Source of the DNA: Candidatus Obscuribacteraceae bacterium
Lineage (GTDB): Bacteria > Cyanobacteriota > Vampirovibrionia > Obscuribacterales > Obscuribacteraceae
Assembly (NCBI GenBank): GCA_044226015.1
Contig: JBGAHS010000001.1
Coordinates: 1,120,001-1,184,000 of the forward strand
DNA: 64,000 nt
Direction: 5' to 3'
Shown here piece after piece: positions 58,301-64,000 of this stretch. The notes below the pieces were generated by a model. The model ran no database searches and had not been told where the DNA came from. It saw only the letters and a list, made by a program, of their open reading frames with translations. Numbering within the stretch: position 1 is the first letter of the stretch; each line of letters begins with the position of its first letter. A program made the position numbers and the translations under genes.

Positions 58301-59317
58301 TTTCTTTAGCAGTGTCTTGAAAGCAAGACCTGAAGCTTTGCCAACAACCTTGCCGCCAACAAACAATCCAATGCTACCCTTCAATGTTTCGTTGAAAGTA
58401 TTGGTAAACTCCTTTACAGCTTCCTCCATTGTCGGAACTGCGCCTGGTGTCTTTGATACGGTACCGGCAATGGCTTGAGTCAAAAGTTTGGTAGCTGTTT
58501 GCGCCTCCGCCATAATTTCCTGCCCCAGTCCGAATTTTGCCCCTTCACCAATGAAATGGGCTATCGCCTGGGCGTGTTGTGCCAATACATTCCGAGCTGC
58601 ATTTGTCGCCAGCTTTCCAACGCTTCCGAACTTTAACCCTTGCAGAGAACCTTGGACAAAACCACTCAAAGGCGCTGCTACGGCTGCGACTTCATGAGAT
58701 AACCCTCTGCGCCTCATCTCCAGGTATTCTTGCCCAGTTATGAAATCCATTGCCCATCCAGCGGCGGCTGTAGTACCAGTGGCTAGTCCAACTGGTACTG
58801 CTAACGGTGCCCCCAATCCAGTCGCAGCGGCTGCACCACCACCGACGACTGCGCCACCTATCAACGGCTTTAGCGATTCCTCAATCATAGGTAATTGTTT
58901 AGCAGTTGACAGTGTTATTCCTGTCAACCATGGAATTGCAGACTCTTTCTCATAAGCGTCAAGATCGCCCGTCAGCTGAGCGAATTTAGTGTCTTCGTTG
59001 ATTTGCTTCTCTGCATCTTCAAAAGACATTCTGCCGTCCATCACAGCGTGCCCTAGCGCGGATTCCTTGAATCCTAGTTGGCCAACTTCTCTAGCTTCTT
59101 GTATCTTCTGCGCGAAAGTTATAACGCCAGAAAATGGATTATCCGGAGTTCCTGCACCCTGGACCGGTTCGGGTTTGGCTGGATCAGCTGTTTCTAATTC
59201 CATAGCAGCGTCTTGAAACGGGTTACCAGTGCCAGCCGTGGCTTGTTGCACTGGTGCTGAAGGTTGCGAAGGTTGATTGTCTAATTCGTCTGCTGCGTCT
59301 TGAAAGGGATTCGACAT
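55322..59317 (-). CDS. Large internal virion (ejection) protein
   Basis: 1331-aa helical protein with MSNPF...NPF start and Gly/Ala hydrophobic patch. Positional match to podovirus gp16-like genes. Confidence 0.7.
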   Translation of the reverse strand: MSNPFQDAADELDNQPSQPSAPVQQATAGTGNPFQDAAMELETADPAKPEPVQGAGTPDNPFSGVITFAQKIQEAREVGQLGFKESALGHAVMDGRMSFEDAEKQINEDTKFAQLTGDLDAYEKESAIPWLTGITLSTAKQLPMIEESLKPLIGGAVVGGGAAAATGLGAPLAVPVGLATGTTAAAGWAMDFITGQEYLEMRRRGLSHEVAAVAAPLSGFVQGSLQGLKFGSVGKLATNAARNVLAQHAQAIAHFIGEGAKFGLGQEIMAEAQTATKLLTQAIAGTVSKTPGAVPTMEEAVKEFTNTFNETLKGSIGLFVGGKVVGKASGLAFKTLLKKGVDAHLQKQQEKIQKLEEAQIPKEDSAQAPEANGESKTAIEKKRNAAMRLAKREAAEREIHRIFAAVNSRFYSETAETKIQESKRVQRLLKRMVTNSDKLDAPMKSRLLGRIVEINSVKDLLREGESFIEDQRGREHANDLAAAKKRLAKVIESGQLHGKKAEMPPTVQASLKWYKEFFTAPEIPKSESRRAAGETAKLAQEAALRKASEYVDRGIETERINMERQLEKLENNELSEIFNQPAEQAEKRRIAMQAMQYWSNALDAEKIQSLADQIETMVKTGKSEYFERKQAEQQKLENARAEILQGVQGNKPITPSLDEAGPKQLTDVGKLLNSLRRTSTSLWDKLLQDTPFEERGKLIDGTLDFTETENKESAINLKAAEKLTELYTKAVGSMREVNRLVRNGANKKERLELKYTDATGATGVELLTPNELAYLHLAFEDQGAVPGLVNGNKYTLKGMVESGGTSTQEAVQQLLTDHEGGKYIKLAEAVRDFYRWFAPQIANHYLKEYGVELPMDPNYSGQIVHRQLERIKTAADLLQGVHDFAKQSLDPGSVKGRKNSSLPIKLVDPFHQVQSHRAEMAFWIANSEKARLLSYIFSDSTKDGLRDVIEHKLGKEYTGLIDGRIAFQFHLKTGIMDLADRSFQKLKGNMATGLLGARLDQAPKQWTSVLATLSTNNYGEFLDGLRKATNKKNLQEYLSASELYADRQDHILNELMEATKERTFIDAVGPRVMKDRAPAIKTFFLTPMHKWGDGVAAALSGFIEFNRMRKGGASIEEAALAGDRLVDRTQSSSRASQKVPAEFKGGVANISLAFAKEGIQALNRESGAIRDWFIHKDEKSLARMARVILSIHVAQTLFQTINTAPSFLFGDEKEQEEARLRILSTAIGGSYSQLPLIGFDVIYGALSGFKGQQEPRTILGGLAGDSAKLIKRLWTITNKMATGEEIEGEDWVKAFKSIAGVASVATGLPFWGLFKYSELGVKATQKAGEGQ

Positions 59318-61233
59318 TATTTCAGCTCTCCCTTTCTGTAGCTTTCAACCATTTGCCTAACAGCGCTAGCCCTGCGCTTTGCCTGATCCGCAGGTGATAG
59401 CGCTTTGTACCCCTTGCTCTCAAGCAGGATCGGGAGATTAGCGGTTAGATATTGAGTCAAAGTCGTTCTCTCCAGCTTGCTCGTGGTGATAGACGAAAGA
59501 TGCTCAATTGAGGATTGCACGGCAGAGAATTTCTCTTGCTGTAATTTTCTGACTCCAGCCAGCTGAGCCTCTGCTGTATCCTGTGCCTTCTTCAAGGCAT
59601 CGCCTTTTAGAGTGACAGTGCCGCCTCCTAATCCAAACCAGCCAGGAGGATTTGTCTTATGCGCTGCACCATCTTTGGTGGCTTTGGTAAGCTCATCGTT
59701 GTATTTTCGGTAGCTATCTACTCCGATAATTCCAGCACTCATCGCGGAGTCTAATCTAGGAATTGCCTCATTGACGATTTTGCTTATCTTTTGCTGCTGG
59801 GCTGTACCCGCCGGTTCTGACCAGGCAGATTGCAAGCTCTTTAGAGTGTCAGCCCACAAAGCATTGAAGCTCTCGGCTTTCGCTGCCCGTGCCTCGTCAA
59901 CAGCTTTTTGCTCTTGTGCGTGCTGTCGATCTTCTTGCCGTTGCAAAAACATCATTTGACCTTGCTGGAATTTCAGCTGTCCTTGAGCCCATGTAGTTAC
60001 CGAGCGCTGGATTTGTTCGAAGCTTCTGACCAACTTTAGATCAAGACCCATTTCATTGATGAATGCATTTTGCTCTGATTTGAGTCCCGCAAGCTTTGCA
60101 TTACGCACTTTTGAATCGGGTTCTTTTGAAACGAGTGCAATTTGTTGGTCGAGCGTTTTGAATCGATCTTGTACTTGCAATGAAAGCTGATGTAACTTAG
60201 AAGGATTGTCGGCTGCGCTTATCAGATCAGCTTTTATTCGATTCGCATCCAGTATGCGAATATCCGAATCACCTTTTATCGTCGTTATAACATCCTGCTC
60301 ATGAGCGTTTCTTTGTGAATGCAATTGTTCAAGAAGTGTCTTTTGGTCTGCCGAGGACATCGCAATGCCCAAAGCTAGTGGCTTCTCGAAAACGGTTTTT
60401 AAGCTGTCGATGTATTTGAGCCCTTCTTCTCCGTCAGGCGTTTGCGCCACCAGGTGGTCAGCAAACTGTTTTGCCGCATCATGGTTTAGTTGCAATTGCT
60501 TCGTGTAGATCTCATCATGATCTGCTTGAGACACTGTAGAGAGGCGCATGGAATCGTAAACGCCATTCGTGTCCTTTAGCGCTTTCTGATAGCCCTGCAA
60601 TTGTTCAAGCATATTTCCGGACAAAGAATCTATTCTGTTAGAGAGTTGCTCTGGCATCAATGAAAGTCTTTTGCCAAGATTTTGATTTTTTGTTGTTCTG
60701 GCCCATGACTGCAAATCTGACAAAGATGAGCTTTCAGCCGCTCTCTGTGAAGGCATGAGCATTCGCAATTTTTGCTGATCGTCTTTGTGGCGATCTTGAA
60801 ATTCTTGTCTCATTACTGGGACTTGTGCCTGGAAATCAGCAACCGCCTGTTGTGGATTGTCCCCGTACTTTGCTTTTAATCCACCAACGAAATTGGACAT
60901 CCGATCATCTTCATCGATTCGATCAAACTGAGCTTGCAAGCGTCTTTGCTCATCTTCCTGCGCCTTATCTAGGGCGGCTTGTCGGCGCTGTGCTATAGCC
61001 GCTTGCTCGGAAATGTAATTGAATGCATTTGTAGCCTGATTGAAATTTTGTTCCGCTTGCTGCAAGTTCTGAACATTCAGCGCGCGCTCAGATGCCTGCG
61101 CTTGTAACTTCTGCGCCTGCATTTGTTGCGCCGATGTTGCGATCTGTTTTTCAACTACTCCGGCACTCTGATCGACTCCAGGCGTACCAGTCACCGGAGA
61201 GGCAAGCTGTCCCTGCTGATATCTTTGAACCAT
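59317..61233 (-). CDS. Internal virion protein (gp15-like position)
   Basis: Gln/Ala-rich helical 638-aa protein. Synteny. Confidence 0.65.
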   Translation of the reverse strand: MVQRYQQGQLASPVTGTPGVDQSAGVVEKQIATSAQQMQAQKLQAQASERALNVQNLQQAEQNFNQATNAFNYISEQAAIAQRRQAALDKAQEDEQRRLQAQFDRIDEDDRMSNFVGGLKAKYGDNPQQAVADFQAQVPVMRQEFQDRHKDDQQKLRMLMPSQRAAESSSLSDLQSWARTTKNQNLGKRLSLMPEQLSNRIDSLSGNMLEQLQGYQKALKDTNGVYDSMRLSTVSQADHDEIYTKQLQLNHDAAKQFADHLVAQTPDGEEGLKYIDSLKTVFEKPLALGIAMSSADQKTLLEQLHSQRNAHEQDVITTIKGDSDIRILDANRIKADLISAADNPSKLHQLSLQVQDRFKTLDQQIALVSKEPDSKVRNAKLAGLKSEQNAFINEMGLDLKLVRSFEQIQRSVTTWAQGQLKFQQGQMMFLQRQEDRQHAQEQKAVDEARAAKAESFNALWADTLKSLQSAWSEPAGTAQQQKISKIVNEAIPRLDSAMSAGIIGVDSYRKYNDELTKATKDGAAHKTNPPGWFGLGGGTVTLKGDALKKAQDTAEAQLAGVRKLQQEKFSAVQSSIEHLSSITTSKLERTTLTQYLTANLPILLESKGYKALSPADQAKRRASAVRQMVESYRKGELK

Positions 61234-61235
61234 GA

Positions 61236-61925
61236 CTAGATGCCTCCGTTACTCATGCTCAGTGGGATCGAGTTCGAAGACGGTTGAGTGAAATTGAAGA
61301 AGCCTAACAGGCTGCTCCCGAGCCCTTTCGAGCTAGACGCGCCAAAACCGCTGACAGCAGATCTCAGTCCAGAAATGCCTGTTTGTATCGCTTGATTCTT
61401 TTCAGCTGAGGCTTGCAATCCTTGCTGATAGCCCTGCACTTGTGACTGAAATTGTGATTGAAGAGAATTTGCGAAGCCGCCAAAAGCAGCAGCAGAGCCT
61501 TTGCGAAGCATCTGCAAACCTTCTGCTTCATATAGCGCAGATACCTCTTCCCCTCGGCGCTTGATTGCGTCTGCTTCCTGTTGATTCAATGCGCGGGTTT
61601 CTTCCAATACGCCAAGGGGCGAACCAGCTAGCGTGATACCATTGCTTGCCATTCGCAGAGCTTGCTCTTCCTTTATGGCTCTGCCTTGCCTCTCTTTTTG
61701 CGCTGCATCTTGCAGCGACTGCTCGTAAGCCAGACTTGCCTGCCTGCTCAAAGCATCAGCCTCAGACTTCGCTGCGGCTTGCTCTTCTTGTCCGGAGAGC
61801 ATGTACATTTGCGGAGCAAGCCCCGGACCAGGATTAACACCCTGAGACTTCGCACCGCGCAAGCCACCAATCATTCCGAAAAGCCCTGAAGCCAGACTTA
61901 GACCACCTGCAATTGCTGATACCAT
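61236..61925 (-). CDS. Internal virion protein (gp14-like position)
   Basis: Start at 61925 by TAATG overlap. Gly/Ala N-terminus. ASNGITLAGSPL motif. Confidence 0.7.
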   Translation of the reverse strand: MVSAIAGGLSLASGLFGMIGGLRGAKSQGVNPGPGLAPQMYMLSGQEEQAAAKSEADALSRQASLAYEQSLQDAAQKERQGRAIKEEQALRMASNGITLAGSPLGVLEETRALNQQEADAIKRRGEEVSALYEAEGLQMLRKGSAAAFGGFANSLQSQFQSQVQGYQQGLQASAEKNQAIQTGISGLRSAVSGFGASSSKGLGSSLLGFFNFTQPSSNSIPLSMSNGGI

Positions 61926-62356
61926 TAGTAGATCCCCCAAATCAACATGCTTTTTCCTTCCACTGTGTAATTGGACAAAGTGCCTTCCAATTGAAATCCA
62001 AGAGCCGAAAGCCACCTGCGAGAAAGTTCGGTATCTTCTCCCCAGGTCTGAACCCTTCGATATGAATGCTTGAGATAATGCACCCACCATTTAACGTGCT
62101 CATAGAAACTCTTCGGAAATTGTCTGGCATAAATCGAAGGAAAGATAAATACTTCAGCTACACCAGGAGCTGATTCACACCAACCGCCAATATAAAGAAT
62201 TCTTCCGTCAAGCATGTGTACACCACACTGATCATGCTTGCCTAGCAAAATCAGCTGAGGCATTGTTGCTCGAAAGTCAGCGGCATAATCATCCGCAGGC
62301 GCGAAGATATCTGCGTGACTCTCTCTAAATGGTTTGGTGATCACTTCGCTTTTCAT
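61925..62356 (-). CDS. GNAT-like protein at the podovirus gp13 position
   Basis: RVQT...SRRWLSALGFQLEG motif. Directly follows the tail tubular protein. Confidence 0.7.
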   Translation of the reverse strand: MKSEVITKPFRESHADIFAPADDYAADFRATMPQLILLGKHDQCGVHMLDGRILYIGGWCESAPGVAEVFIFPSIYARQFPKSFYEHVKWWVHYLKHSYRRVQTWGEDTELSRRWLSALGFQLEGTLSNYTVEGKSMLIWGIY

Positions 62357-64000
62357 TAGTCGTCCGCCGTATCGAGCATGATATCGAGAGATAGCAGCAA
62401 TTGCGGTGAGGGAATGTCTTGAATCAAGACTACTTGTTTTGTCTGCCGCGTGAAGCTATCTAAAGGTCTTAAATGCTGGACTCCACTGAACAACGCCGTC
62501 GGTCTATCGGTTAGATCATCGACAGTTTTGAAAGTGACTTCTTCGGCATTCCATAATGTAGTGCCGATCTTTGCTCCAACTGTATTGTGGAAACGTGGTA
62601 TCACTTCTCTGATTTTCCGAATCTTCGCTTCTGCAGATCCTCGTTCACCAGCTACATCGAGATTCATAGTCGTAGCGATTCCTCGATACGAGAAGCCTAC
62701 ATGCACTTTGCTTGATTGTGCCGGTAATTGCACTGAGCCATCAGAGGCAACAACAACATCACCGCCAGGTGATCCATCGACTTGCAAGGTGACTTCCTGT
62801 CCTGCTAGATGCAGCATTCCATAAACCTTGTCAGCGGTGAGGAACCACGAGCCAGCGGGAATTGTGTTCGTGTTATCGAAGTCAGAAAGCACGCGACAAA
62901 TGACCTGTGTCACGCCTACTACTCCGGTAATCTCCGCCCGTCCTCCGCCAAAGCCTTTCGAATCGTAAGCTTTCCAGATTTGCCGACCAACCATACTTGA
63001 ATCGAAAAATGCAGCACTGGCTGTGATGTTTATGACATCACCTGTGGTATCAGACGGGGTCATAGTGATCGTGGTAGACAGAGCTGACCCATCATAGGTT
63101 ATGGCTGAATCTACATGAACCGAGTCTTTTAATTGCTCGTAAGTAGCGTCACTGTAGCGCTGAGTGTCGAGAGCCTGAGCATCATAACCTGCCTCTGTAA
63201 AGAAATCTTCTATCTCAGCAAACCTAACAGGCTGAGTCAAATATTCTACTGACCTGTAAGTTTGGGACCCGATCTTCCTTTCAACTATGGCCCACAATAC
63301 CGACTCTTCATTTAACCGCGGCTCTGTTGTTATCGAGATAACTTTAGCTCTTTCTTGGGCGACTCCATTAACCACTGATTGACCCCCAAGGTAATGGCGA
63401 TGCCAACCGAAAATGCTTTCTAGCTCATTGAAGGTTAGCCCGAGCAAAACACCGTCCTGCCTCAAAACCCACAGTAGCCCAGAATCGCCTCTTTGTTGCG
63501 TCAACGCTTGGAAGGTGGAAGCGCCTAGGTGATTGCTAGCTAGGTTTTGGTTGATGGTCACATAGTCATTCGACTGGAAAGCAAATTGAAACGTTTGTAC
63601 ACGCCTGCCTGTAGCATCCAGGTAGAAAATTGATTGCCCACTAGAATATGGTTGAATTGATGCGGCACCAATTGAGTTAATTGGCTTTGCGTTAATTGAG
63701 GTGGGACTGATAGGATCGTCGATCGTTTCACCATGAACACGACGAATAGACGACAGCGCTCCAACGATAATTTGACGATTAACGTTAGCAATCCATTGAA
63801 CAGAATCCATTTTGTTGAACACTGGTGCCAATGTGGTGAACACTGCATCTGTGGCATTCGTGCCCGTAGTAAAGTCATCAAATTGCGTGGCGCCTGTAGT
63901 TGAATTTGGAGCCCGGCTAAAAACCAATCCCGCGGGATTCGCTAACCAGTTTCCGTATCCCAGCCTTGTATCTGTAAAAGCGCAAGTCTTCGGGCAGTTC
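62356..64000 (-). CDS. Tail tubular protein B/nozzle, C-terminal part (truncated at right edge)
   Basis: LWVLRQDGVL...GWHRH, HLAGQEV...DG, VHVG.SY and ALFSG motifs typical of podovirus nozzle proteins. Confidence 0.85.
   Translation of the reverse strand, partial: NCPKTCAFTDTRLGYGNWLANPAGLVFSRAPNSTTGATQFDDFTTGTNATDAVFTTLAPVFNKMDSVQWIANVNRQIIVGALSSIRRVHGETIDDPISPTSINAKPINSIGAASIQPYSSGQSIFYLDATGRRVQTFQFAFQSNDYVTINQNLASNHLGASTFQALTQQRGDSGLLWVLRQDGVLLGLTFNELESIFGWHRHYLGGQSVVNGVAQERAKVISITTEPRLNEESVLWAIVERKIGSQTYRSVEYLTQPVRFAEIEDFFTEAGYDAQALDTQRYSDATYEQLKDSVHVDSAITYDGSALSTTITMTPSDTTGDVINITASAAFFDSSMVGRQIWKAYDSKGFGGGRAEITGVVGVTQVICRVLSDFDNTNTIPAGSWFLTADKVYGMLHLAGQEVTLQVDGSPGGDVVVASDGSVQLPAQSSKVHVGFSYRGIATTMNLDVAGERGSAEAKIRKIREVIPRFHNTVGAKIGTTLWNAEEVTFKTVDDLTDRPTALFSGVQHLRPLDSFTRQTKQVVLIQDIPSPQLLLSLDIMLDTADD

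Larger units (their letters stand above)
35651..64000. mobile_element. Prophage (podovirus-type morphogenesis) adjacent to tRNA-Pro, extends past the right edge
   Basis: Abrupt switch after the tRNA to dense phage genes: HTH, SSB, RusA, primase-helicase, Dam-like, lysozyme, tail fibres, internal virion proteins, tail tubular protein. Confidence 0.92.

Noticed and set aside
61926..62090. Upstream extension of the gp14-like ORF
   Set aside because: It lies inside the GNAT-like gene. The TAATG overlap supports a start at 61925.
908..63881. Many short antisense or nested ORFs in the track
   Set aside because: They are shadows of longer genes, with no recognisable motifs or RBS support.

Overview
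The window has two parts. Bases 1-35650 are bacterial chromosome. The gene style (SpoIID/LytB, a tRNA without encoded CCA, a giant annexin-repeat protein, many TPR proteins) suggests non-photosynthetic Cyanobacteriota such as Vampirovibrionia/Obscuribacterales, but this is inference only. This part holds an OmpR-type regulator, a PlsC-like acyltransferase, a MATE transporter, two secreted BPL_N/GATase-like paralogues, ahcY under a clear SAH riboswitch, TPR-Tudor and TPR-CHAT proteins, Spy/CpxP, a class II aldolase plus histidine phosphatase, an SH3 protein and tRNA-Pro(TGG). From about 35651 to the window end is a prophage next to the tRNA. Its early and replication genes are on + (HTH, putative annealing protein, Gam-like, DUF6745 pair, SSB, RusA, primase-helicase, RHH, Dam-like). 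They converge on a podovirus-type late module on - (nozzle, internal virion proteins, two tail fibres, lysozyme). The best candidate for a new system is a 2530-aa polymorphic-toxin-like protein. It has beta repeats, annexin repeats, hydrophobic hairpins, a linker with about 18 Thr-centred motifs and a C-terminal domain with OspF/SpvC phosphothreonine-lyase-like motifs, and it overlaps a candidate partner gene. Other highlights are a 33 x 12-bp two-switch repeat in the DUF6745 gene, three palindromic boxes phased at 28 bp before the RHH gene, and a 13-bp duplication that frameshifts a phage gene. All family assignments come from motif recognition by eye, with no searches run.
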